Below are positions 25,658-35,620 of a stretch of DNA of 64,000 nucleotides, piece after piece; positions within the stretch are counted from its first letter, which is position 1; every line of letters starts with the position of its first letter. Below the pieces are notes generated by a model. That model did not search any database. It had not been told where the DNA came from and saw only the letters and a list, made by a program, of their open reading frames with translations. Both the position numbers and the translations under genes were made by a program. Source of the stretch: Iphione sp. A-MEVVRFRX5 (taxonomy: Eukaryota); the NCBI GenBank assembly GCA_976226885.1, contig OZ320320.1, positions 35,836,001 through 35,900,000 of the forward strand, written 5' to 3'.

Positions 25658-28600
25658 TATTTAAGACGATAGGTCGCTCAAGTTAGTTTCTGTGCGTAAA
25701 TAATACATGCCATTGTACACAGAAAACAAAAGAAACTCGGTAGACGGAATGTGTGGCAATAAAGAGGAAATCTTCGGGCATGAACTGTTAAGTTAATGAC
25801 GAAATATGCGAATTATTAATTGACGGACGAAATCGTTAGGAACAGGTCTAATCCCTATATTGAGACATGGCTATTACGTCTAATGTTTTCATTAGATATC
25901 TTTAATGTACAGAAAGGCCCAATATTTTGTCTGGCGTTGTCATGATGTTGGTGTATGATTGAAAACCACACCTCAAGACCTCTTCAAACTAATTTCTACT
26001 CTTCCAGGACAGGCGTTGAGTATGGTAACTACAAACCAAATTTGAAAGCCTCATAATATGCAGATACTTTACATAGGATAAGTAGTGGATCATAACTGAG
26101 GTTCTACCAAAGCACCGCTCATCAGACCTTATCACTTCAAAGCATGCAGGAACAACTGTGCCATGTATACGAGGGAGTCCCGGGCACAGCCTACTTGCAA
26201 ATAGCGAGACTTCATGCATGGTCAAACGTTGATTAGACATCTCGAGCCCATTGATTTATTAATGTGTCTTTTTGTCTATCTTCTTTCTTCTAAGCATAAA
26301 TAGACTCGGAAACGAGAGGAAGCTCAGGTAATTGTGTATGAAAGGCAGTGACTTCCATGCTCATCGACAGTCTTATAAAAATTATTATACTGAAAGTCGG
26401 GGTCTCAGTGGCTCCTTGTCACCGCTTTTCCACTATAGGTGGCAAAGAGCTTTGATGACACAAACGGAGGACATGCTCACTGATTACAAGAAGATTGGTT
26501 ACCAGTTATCATTGATTACACGTTATGCGACTTCCAAACAATTACATGTCAGACGCTGCTCCTAATTTGGTCACTGCAACTCCAATCGGGTGATTATCGT
26601 AATTTACAGCAAGGCAATAGACAATGTTACCTCCCATTCGAATACGAGAGCAGGGCTTGCAAGAAATAATAAGACAAAATATGACCATTATGAGTGTCCT
26701 CTGGGTACATTATATATGTACAATCATCACTCATATCAAGTGTTTTTAGGAACAATTATGATGAGAACATCCATAGTACTAAGTGCTAACCGATCTTTCC
26801 GTTGCAACGAAATGTAAACACTGTTTCCAAAATTCTGTCCGGTCCTAACGTACTCCTCTACACGATGAAATGCTTTATGGTGTAAAATCAAGTCATGAAA
26901 CTCTGAATAATCGTTTACTAGGACACTCTTTACTCTAGCTACACTCTTCACTGCGTATTCTTTCTTCTTTAACAGCTAATATGTTACAATGATCCTCCTA
27001 CAGGTTGACAATCAAACTTCTGAATGGAAACTTCATTCATGCTCACTGGTAATTTAAAAAAATTACCTATCTTTTTTTTAAAATGTAACCATCTGAGGAA
27101 ACATTCATAAAAGGTCTCTTGTTAGAACCTATGTCTTTAGATGAAGGGCATTTGTTAAGAGAAACCCTTATATATGAAAGGGGAAAAGAAGGTAGCCTTT
27201 ATTGGTATTATGGCATAGGTTTCATATAGAAACCCTCACAAAGAATATTATTTTCCACAGTTCCCTGCGCAGATCCTAGGTGTATTCGTTCATATATGTG
27301 CTATTTATTCTGTTACGGATCGATGGCTACTCCTAATTAGTCAAACTTTTTCATCCAGAGTCTTTTCTTCAAAGCATATTTCACAGGTGAGAACAGATGT
27401 TATTATAGAGGCATGTGGAATATTAAGTTTCGTTTCAAAACATCCAAATACCTAACCATTTAGGCCGGGTGAAATCTAAGTGTATCATATCTAAGGCTTG
27501 CAAGTGGAAGTAAGGGTGATAAAGTATAGTATTTATAATGTCTTTTGTCCTATGGCCATTTTGAAATCTGGGATTAAAACATGTCCACAGACCTTGGATT
27601 TGCACAGAACTCAGGTGCGGACCAAGGCCTGACCTGGCTCTGAGGATTTATACCTGTTTTCCTACAGGAGACCTCAAGGAGACTTCCTGAACAAGGTTAG
27701 TGACACTCCCTGAGAGGACCAGGGTGTGTTTGTATGAGAACTTTATCTGGCAAAAATAGTGTCTCACAAACTAGGGTGAATATGCCAGGGCTACATTTAG
27801 CCAGAAGGGGAGCCTTGTGTGATCCTTACAAATTCAAAAAACGTCCTCCCCTCAATAACACTTATTAAAGAGGGAGAAGACAGACTAGGAACCTGGAACA
27901 AGTGACAACACATCCACACACTCCAAGCAACAAGCACAGAATGACTAGACTGTGCACAGCTCATCCTTTGAATGATGTCACTGACCACCTGATTAATTTG
28001 GTTGTGTGTTGTCTGAGCATGGTGGCCGTATGTGTAGTTGACTGTGACCATCTCATTTCAACTGACTAGACCTAAAGTCAACCCCTCTCTTGATCGGGAG
28101 CTAAACACAGCAAAGAAAAAAGAAACGTGTGTACACATGCCTATGGGGCTAGGAAAAATGGCTTGCCGGAAGTGTTTAGTGTGGAAAGCTAATAGAGAAC
28201 CACAAAAATCCTGAGATAATCTCCTAAGTGAAGCATTCCTTCACAGCTTATAAAAACATTCTTTGAGTCGACACCTTAAGCATCAGTGGGGTTACTATTG
28301 CCCTAGCAGGGGCCACTTTCATCCCAGGTTAACCTACTTATTGATTCAGTTTTATTATCAATGTTGATGTAGATAAGGATGTAAACAAACAGGGAATGTG
28401 ATAGATAACACTTATGTCTTAAGTTGTTACCCAGATTTCAGTAAACAACGTTATAGCCCCAGGTTGACCCAGTTCTTTTATTATAACCAAATCAGTCATA
28501 GATAAGTTGACCTAGCTTTTTAAAATGTAGTGAAAAACAGATGTAAAGAAACAGGTCAATCAACAGCAACGAGAGCAACGATTATGGCCCCAGGTAGCTG

Positions 28601-29097
28601 ATTAAATAAGAGATATAGCCCCAGGACTTATAACCCCAATACTTATAGCCCAAGTTTCAGTTTAGTATTGCCGACCAGATATAAACTGATACAATCATAG
28701 ACCAATGTCAGTCTGGTGGGTTGGTTATCACTGGATAATAACTGATACAATTATAGCCCCAGCACTTATAGCCCAATTTTCAAGTTCAATTTGGATGCTG
28801 GTAATCAGCAGATAATTTTGCTCTACGATTTCTATTTGTTTTTCCACGAAAATTCTTGTCCGCTGTCTGCAAAATTCATGGTCACTGTCCAAAAAATTAC
28901 TGTCCCCTGTCCACAAAACTATTGTCCCATGTCAATAAAATAACTATCCACAAAACTGTGGGGGCAGAACTGTTGCCCCCCTGTCTGCAAAGTATTTTTA
29001 TCTAATATTCAGAAAGTTGCTACCAGATAGTTTTTGTGCCAGGATGTTGTACTCAAATGATGAGTATGATATTTTCTAATTATTCTAAGTACAAATA

Positions 29098-29667
29098 CAG
29101 TGGAGTCTCTATTTCTGATCGGTGGTAGTGTCCAACCCTAAATGGTCGGAGTAGAAAATTTGGTCGGAAATCAATTAGATATGTGGCACAGTAAAAATGT
29201 ATAGATCAATACTCAATAATATATGTTGAATAAAGACTGACATTGGTTTCCAACAACAAAGTGGCTTTAATGAGTATAAAAATTGGCAAAACTGGGCAAA
29301 TTTGTCCGAAAATAAGCAAAAAACTGGGCAAATCCGTCTGAAAATTGGCAAAACTCAGCCAAATTCGTCTCTAAATTGGCAAAACTGAGGCAAATTTGTC
29401 TGAAAATCGGTGAAACTCAGCCAAATTCTTCCGAAAATCGGCAAATCTCAGGCAAATTATTCCAAATATTGGTGAAATGGTCAGAAATCAATAGTAAAAT
29501 ATACCAGAATTGATCCTTTATGGATTGGTTGGAAGCTGAAATTGGTCAGAAATCGGTTTGGTCAGAAATTGATCACCTCCTGCATTGATTTATTATAGAC
29601 AGAAGTTTGGTTCCCAGCTCAAATGGTCATATTTGCCATTTGATCGCAAATTGCAGAGACTTCACTG
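29098..29667. mobile_element. Tc1/mariner-type MITE with internal AAAATTGGCAAAAC-type minisatellite
   Basis: TA|CAGTGGAGTCTCT ... AGAGACTTCACTG|TA. About 8 imperfect copies of a roughly 22-33 nt unit at 29280-29470. Confidence 0.75.
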
Positions 29668-31029
29668 TATTTCATATCTATAGAATGTTGAGGGTCTGGG
29701 CCTTTAAAATCTTTAATCTGTTGATTTCTACCATAAAGGATGTATGTCTGATCAAATTGTACAATTAAAAAGAGAAGAAATACCAAATGATAGACAGAGG
29801 AAAGTTGAAATCGAAACACTGGAAATCCGAATTTTCTGAAACCCAACCGATATTTCTGGGAACCAACCTTTTTAGTGTATTTAACAAATGCATTAAAATT
29901 ATATTCAAAAACTGAATGCTTAGCCTTGGCGAGCTGATGGCGAGCCCCGTTGCTCTCCCCCAAGTTCATTATAATCAAAGGATTATGCTGCTATTTGAAG
30001 AGCTCGCACCTTGACGAGCTGACGGTGAGCCCAGTTGCTCTCTCCCATGTTCGCTACTGTTTGAAGGGCTTGAACCTCGGCGAGCCCCTCCGTCACTCTC
30101 CTCTCCTCCAAGCTCGCTGCCATTTGATTTTATTTAATTTTTATAGGTTGCATGGTCAAAAGTAAGTTTCTGGGGGATTTCTCTCCATTATTTCAGGTTT
30201 AGAATACACCACATTCATGATATGATTTATTTAATTTTTATAGGTATGCATAGTGTTGAGGTAGGGCCTGGGACCCCCCCTAACTGAGTGAAATTGACAG
30301 TGGCCTTAGGCCACTATTCGTAATCCGAATTATCCCAAAACTGAACCATTTTGGCGGAAACGGCGATCGTTCAGTTTTGGAATTCTCTCTGTATATCAAA
30401 TCAATGCTTTAAGATGATTTATTTTTCGGTTAATTCGGATTTTGAATTGTGGCCCATGGTCACTTTTCAACATTCTTGCCACATTCTTAAGACAAAAATT
30501 GGCAAAATTAAGGCAAATTTGTCTGAAAATCAGCAAAACCCAAATTTTAGGCAAATTTGTCTGAAAATTGGCAAAAAACAGCAAAATTTGTCTGCAAAGT
30601 GACAAAAATCAGACAGAATTGACCAAAAATATTTGGGCTTTGGAATGAAATGTTCAGTTATACGAGTATTTTAACAGAGAAAAACTATTGGTGCCAGTCA
30701 AAACTGTTCGGATTTTGAGAAATTTGTTTTTTGGGAAATTTGGTTTTTGAGTGTTCGGTTTTTGAGTAACCTCTGTACATTGAAATTACAATTTAGATTT
30801 TATCTTCATATTAAAACTACATATGCATGAACTAACATTACATGATTTTTACTTTACAGGTGTGGTTGATTTCCAGCATGCCTGGAAATTTGGCAAAGAA
30901 GATCATACAGTCCCAGTTCCAGACATCCTCGGTTCTGCCTCAAACTGTCTGCATTTCAGACGTGGCCACTTTGTAGATCTGTTAGTAGGATATAGAATTT
31001 GGGTCAAACCTGGAAATGTAATCCCTTTC

Positions 31030-31509
31030 TTTCTCTCTCTACAAAGTGTATCATAATGGATGTCTTAAATGTACTGAATTTGACCAATAAAAGTCCAAAT
31101 GTAGTTATGTCTTCTGATAATGGGTCAGAGAATTTTACTTCTAACCTAGTATGACCCCTTCTTACATTTTGTACAAACTTGTCACGTTCATTCTGACAGA
31201 CATGAAACATGTATAAACAATATCTATTTTCATACTCATCTTTCAATATGTAATTACTAAAATTTTGTGTTATCACAAAACATTGTGATAAAAGCAGATA
31301 AATAATTGCCAGTCTCATAATCAGAAATCAGTGGTTCTGCAAGCATGGATTTGCCATATACATAGAAAGCACTGAAATTACAATTGTAAGGTTGGTGATG
31401 GAAGGGATTCTTTGTGTAGCTTCCTATAAATCCTTCAGGTGCCATGGAACATATGACGGGTTGATTAGGCACTTCTCATTCAATATCTTCTAAACAAGTA
31501 TTCTAAACA
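31030..31509 (-). pseudogene. Polinton/Maverick major capsid protein (double jelly-roll, PY), C-terminal half
   Basis: EVPNQPVICSMAPEGFIGSYTKNPFHHQPYNCNFSAFYVYGKSMLAEPLISDYETGNYLSAF and KDEYENRYCLYMF...RRGHTRLEVKFSDPL match the Polinton MCP pattern F.GSY.KNPF.F.HY..N..A.YV.G..P..P....DF..GNY as I recall it. Confidence 0.75.
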
Positions 31510-32146
31510 AACACCAACCGCACTGAACAGAACGGGATAACAACAGGGTTGAACCAAGCAACCAATTCGCAGCAGAATGTGAGTGCAGCACCTACAGCTC
31601 CCGACCCAACCCAGAGGAACCACTAACACCACATACATCCATCTGTACAAGCAGAACGCAACTGAGCCACGAAGAAGCAACCGACCCCACCTCCATCAGA
31701 TGAGGACCGTGGCAAGGGTCCTGCTGCGAAGCACTGTACTAAGCCAAGACCACTGCTTTCTGACACCGACAGCAGCTCAGATGATGAGGGACTGCACAAT
31801 CTAGACATCTCCACCGACACAGACAGCACAGATGAGAACAGTGATCCCGCTTCAAACATAACAACAGTGTCCAACTGCCAAGTAAGCCTATTGACTCTAT
31901 GCCTTTGAACTTTGATAAAGTTAGGCCATGCGATCATACCACAACACCACGCACTGTCCCGTCACAAGTAAACGCACTGGGCAAGCTGCCAAACATCACC
32001 ACCAAACCCAAGTCAGTGAGTCCCCACAGCAAATCAACATGCATCAACTCCAAACCTTCTACATCTGGCATTAGCTGTGGGTCCAAAAAGACTGGTAGCA
32101 ACATTCGCCGCCCCCCTGCCACTGCTCCCAGAGCCCACAACCATAT

Positions 32147-32440
32147 GTGCCTAAATATATCCCAATGAAGAAGCCAAAGATGGGAGATGTCCGCCAAGCC
32201 CTACACACCTGTAACAAGGAGAATGATGATTCACCCAGGAGGGTGGTTCAATACAACCCGATACCGCTGACAAGACAAGACTGGGGGCACGAACAAAGGG
32301 CTCCACCCACGTGGGTCCCAGCATTGGAAGTGTTGTATGATCACTGGATGATTGTACAAAAACTCAACCAGGACATGGCAGATGTAATGGAAGCTGAGAT
32401 GCGCCGCCAGGGCATTCGCATGCCCAAATGCACACAGTAA
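32147..32440 (+). CDS. C-terminal part of an unknown ORF carried by the 1.4-kb insertion
   Basis: SPRRVVQ...RAPPTWVPALEVLYDHWMIVQKLNQDMA. It is preceded by S/T/D/P-rich decayed frames from 31510 and is homologous to 19938-20021. Confidence 0.5.
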   Translation: MPKYIPMKKPKMGDVRQALHTCNKENDDSPRRVVQYNPIPLTRQDWGHEQRAPPTWVPALEVLYDHWMIVQKLNQDMADVMEAEMRRQGIRMPKCTQ

Positions 32441-32810
32441 ACTACAAGACGTTGTGATTTGCCACCTGTGATATTTATTGATAAATGATTTTTCTCAGGA
32501 CTGTTGTGCAACTTTACATAATCTATATATTTAGTCAGAGACTTTTTCAGATCAATTTCACATCTATCAAATTTTCCAGAGATGGACAGTTTTTTAATAA
32601 TAATTTTCAGTAATTGATATTAAAAACTTAGCATCTATGCATATTAAATTTACACTCAAGGGCCTTTCAGACATTATTACGGTTACATTACCAGTTAGAA
32701 AAAGTTACATGTTATACCCAGAGTACACTGGGCCAGAGTTTAACATATACAGTATTGAGAGCACCATAACAGCTCATTTTCCCTACCTTAGAGTACCAGA
32801 CTTTGCTTTG

Positions 32811-32856
32811 AATTACCCCTGAAGAAGAACCTTTTCTGTTCGAAACGTTGGGAATT
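32811..32856 (+). ncRNA. Minimal type I hammerhead ribozyme (Penelope-type, no loop III)
   Basis: AAUU(A)CCC-CUGAAGA-A-GAAC-cuuuucu-GUUC-GAAAC-GUU-GGGAAUU. Conserved core, 4-bp stem II, palindromic ACGU in place of stem III, and stem I CCC/GGG plus AAUU/AAUU. Confidence 0.8.
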
Positions 32857-32912
32857 AAAAAACACTGAAACACATTTGACTGTGTTGTGTTGGTATGTTC
32901 ATCTTTTATTAC

Positions 32913-33240
32913 AACAAGTATTCTAAACACTGTATTGTCCTTTGGCAACAGCCAAAAGACTTGACACCTGAACATGGATAAAAGTATTTTGCTGGTCCAT
33001 ATTAAAGCATCTCTGCATGAGCTATGACAATCTCCGGTGCAACTTTGGACATGCATATTTTCAAAATGGCTTCCCTGATTTTGATTCTGAAGTCAGGTGA
33101 TGTCCTCAGACTCATTAGTTTGAATTGATCAGAATTTCACACTCCAAGACACCATTAAAGTTGAGTTGACCCACAGGTCACTAATTCACCTATTCCACAG
33201 ATGTATCTTTCACAGGTGTATAGAACAAGGACATGTTATC
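32913..33240 (-). pseudogene. Polinton/Maverick MCP, N-terminal portion (internally deleted)
   Basis: MSLFYTPVKDTSVE ... NFNGV ... NSDQFKLMSLRTSPDFRIKIREAILKICMSKVAPEIVIAHAEML*YGPAKYFYP..VKSF, matching MCP motifs F.LMS, I.EA.L, P.V..AH...L..AKYP. Confidence 0.7.
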
Positions 33241-33850
33241 AGTATGGCTGGCCATCTTTTCTAGAATTGTCCATTGTTGCATTTTGACTGAAGACTTCTT
33301 TTGGTGGTAACATTCTCCAGTGATATCTTGGAGCAGGCTTATGGTTTTTGTGTAGAAGATAATCATGGTTTCCTGGAAATATTTGTTGTGCAGTTGTATG
33401 AACCATCTGTCTATCAGCTGGCATGTCAAACAGTACCATTTAGTATGAGTTATATCTGACTGTTTTTGTCTCTGGACCAAAGAAATTTTGCATGATATGA
33501 AAGATAGGTTTTGGTGGCGACTACCCCTTGTATATAGATGAGCAATTCTCTGATCTTTTCCCACCTCAGTCATTAAATCATCTAAGCAGATTCTGTGTCT
33601 CAGGGTCAACAAAACCTTCATCTTCTAGGATAACTGATAGGCCATTATCAAACTCTACTCCACTCATACATGGGTTGCCATTGGGCATAACACCACACCA
33701 TTCATCATCAACATACATATAGTTGAATCCAATTTGATAGGATCTGAATCAAGTTATTGATCTAGGTAGTCTTCCCAATTTACCTACACCCAGCAATCAC
33801 CATAGCAAAAGGATGAGAAAATATCACCTCAGTATGCATCACATCTGGTG
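33240..33850 (-). pseudogene. Polinton/Maverick A32/FtsK-like DNA packaging ATPase
   Basis: HPFAMVIAGCR*IGKTT (Walker A, 33765-33794), VWCYAQWQPMY, CLDDLMTEVG (Walker B), LYTRGSRHQNLS, VLFDMPADRQ. Frameshifted. Confidence 0.85.
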
Positions 33851-34505
33851 TCACATCTGATGCTGGTGCTAGTGTCAGTGTTGTTGTTACATTGGGTGCC
33901 AGTACTGGTGCTGCTGTCAGTGCTGGTGTTACACCAAGTGCTAGTGCTGGTGCCAGTGCCAGTGTTGGTGTTACACCAGGTGCCAATACCACACTGGGTG
34001 CCAGTGCTAGTGCTGGTGCTGGTGATCATATTACACTGGGTGCTGGTGCCACTGTAGGTGTTACATTGGATGCCAATACTGGTGCTGGTGCCAGTGCTGG
34101 TCCTGCTATAATATCTGGTGTTGTTGCTGGTGTTACACTCGATGCCAGTGCTGTGCTGATGCTGGTGCAGGCCCGTAGCCAGGGGGTTATTGGGGGTATC
34201 GTCTGATACCCCCAGAAGACCCATTAGTTCCACCCAGAAAGAAATAGGGTCCCCACAGACTATGACTACCTCTCTAACCAGACCACCTCCCCAATATGAC
34301 CACTTAACAGAAGAGTTCAACCTCTCTAACCAAGAGTTCCACCCCTCTGACCTGGAGTTCCACTTCTTTAATTTAAGATACCCCCCAACAAAAGCTCCTG
34401 GCTACTGGCCTGTGGTGCCAGTACTGGTGTTACATCAGGTGCCAGTGCCAGTGGTGGTGTTACACCAGGTGCTGGTGCTGCTGCCAGTGTTGGTGCTGCT
34501 ATAAA
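33848..34505 (-). repeat. GCACCA-derived coding minisatellite (Pro/Ala/Thr-rich), split by a MITE
   Basis: Repeats of TGGTGC/TGGTGTTACA at 33848-34160 and 34413-34505. On the minus strand it reads APALAPGVTP-like and continues into the ATPase frame. Confidence 0.75.
34168..34412. mobile_element. 245-bp MITE, superfamily uncertain
   Basis: TIRs CAGGCC(C/A)GTAGCCAGG(G/A)G. Flanked by TGGTG on both sides (possible 5-bp TSD, ambiguous inside a low-complexity repeat). Confidence 0.75.
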
Positions 34506-34973
34506 ATCTGGATTAAGTGATTTCATTTATTGTAATCTGAGTGCTACCTAGTAAAAGGGTGATTTATGGCAAAACCTCCTGGAAAAGTCTGCATTACACA
34601 GATCACAATATAGTTTTTCCCATCTTAAAGGGTTGGTGTCTGAAGGGCAAATGAGGAGGGATTGGACTATTGATATATTTTGTAATGTCCATAAGCAAAT
34701 GTATCACACCCATCAGCTAGAATGTATCACTTGTCATGATGCAAAGACTTGTTAAACTATATGCAGCTGATGGCTAAAGCTACAGATCTGCTTTATGCTA
34801 TGGCTTTGGGTCTTTGTAGTGGGATGTTTTGGACAAGTTAAGATTCCCATCATAGGGGATGTTATTTTTAGAACACATATATTAGACCTGTACACTCATC
34901 CTTCATTGTTTCTGTCTAAAAATGGTGAGCAGTTGCACTGATCATAAAGCAGCAACTAGACAATTACTATATA

Positions 34974-35152
34974 CAGTGCAGTCTCTATTTACGACCACCA
35001 CTTGGTACCAAGCTCAACTGGTCGTAATGGTGAATTTGGCCGTAAATAGATTATTGTTAACCATAGAAAATAATAATTTTGTACCAGGTCGTACTGGTCG
35101 TAATAGCAAGAATGGTCGGAAATCGATATGGTCGCAAATTAAGACTCTGCTG
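34974..35152. mobile_element. Tc1/mariner-type MITE, same family as 15647
   Basis: TA|CAGTGCAGTCTCTATTTACGACCA ... TGGTCGCAAATTAAGACTCTGCTG|TA. Confidence 0.8.
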
Positions 35153-35184
35153 TAGTATTGTTTGCTAGTAAGTCTATAAAGAAA

Positions 35185-35620
35185 AGTTTTAGCACCACTT
35201 CTAATAATCATATCAAGACAAATTTTATAACTACAGAATGCTGAGGGTCTCCTCTTTTGTTTGACAAAGGCCACCACTCTAAATCTCTATTAAAAGTGTA
35301 TAAAATAGTGAGCAGATTTGCCAATTTCAAAGCAGTAAGCCGTGAGGGGCAACCAGAAATATTCGTGCTTTGATTGTAGGTGTCGAAAGACATTTAGATA
35401 ATCACTTCTAATTATCATATCAAGACAAACTTTATATCTGCAGAATGCTGAGTCTTATCTTTCATTTGACAATATGAGTCTTTATCTGTAGTAGGAGTCC
35501 GTCGAATTGGCGAGCAGATTCACTGATCGGAAAGCAGCTTGATAGCAGTGGGATTGATAGTAAACGACAAGTTAGGTTAGCTGCAGTAAAGTGGTCACAA
35601 AAACCACTTCTATTTTGTAT
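35185..35620. repeat. Degenerate tandem repeat, about 210-bp period
   Basis: CACTTCTAAT.ATCATATCAAGACAAA.TTTATA.CT.CAGAATGCTGAG at about 35195 and 35404, with a third partial copy near 35604. Confidence 0.7.

Larger units (their letters stand above)
31510..32912 (+). mobile_element. 1403-bp hammerhead-tailed insertion (Penelope-like/retrozyme-type) with 17-bp TSD
   Basis: AACAAGTATTCTAAACA is exactly duplicated at 31493-31509 and 32913-32929. Removing the insert rejoins the two MCP halves. It contains a decayed ORF and a hammerhead 56 nt from its 3' end. Confidence 0.85.

Noticed and set aside
32530-32720. Minus-strand LFLTGNVTVIM...ENLIDVK resembling an MCP C-terminus
   Set aside because: It lies inside the TSD-bounded insert, and the true MCP C-terminus is at 31030-31509. 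Chance resemblance.
33829-34504. Val/Leu-rich and Gly/Ala-rich ORFs in several frames
   Set aside because: By-products of the 6-bp minisatellite and the MITE, which have few stop codons.
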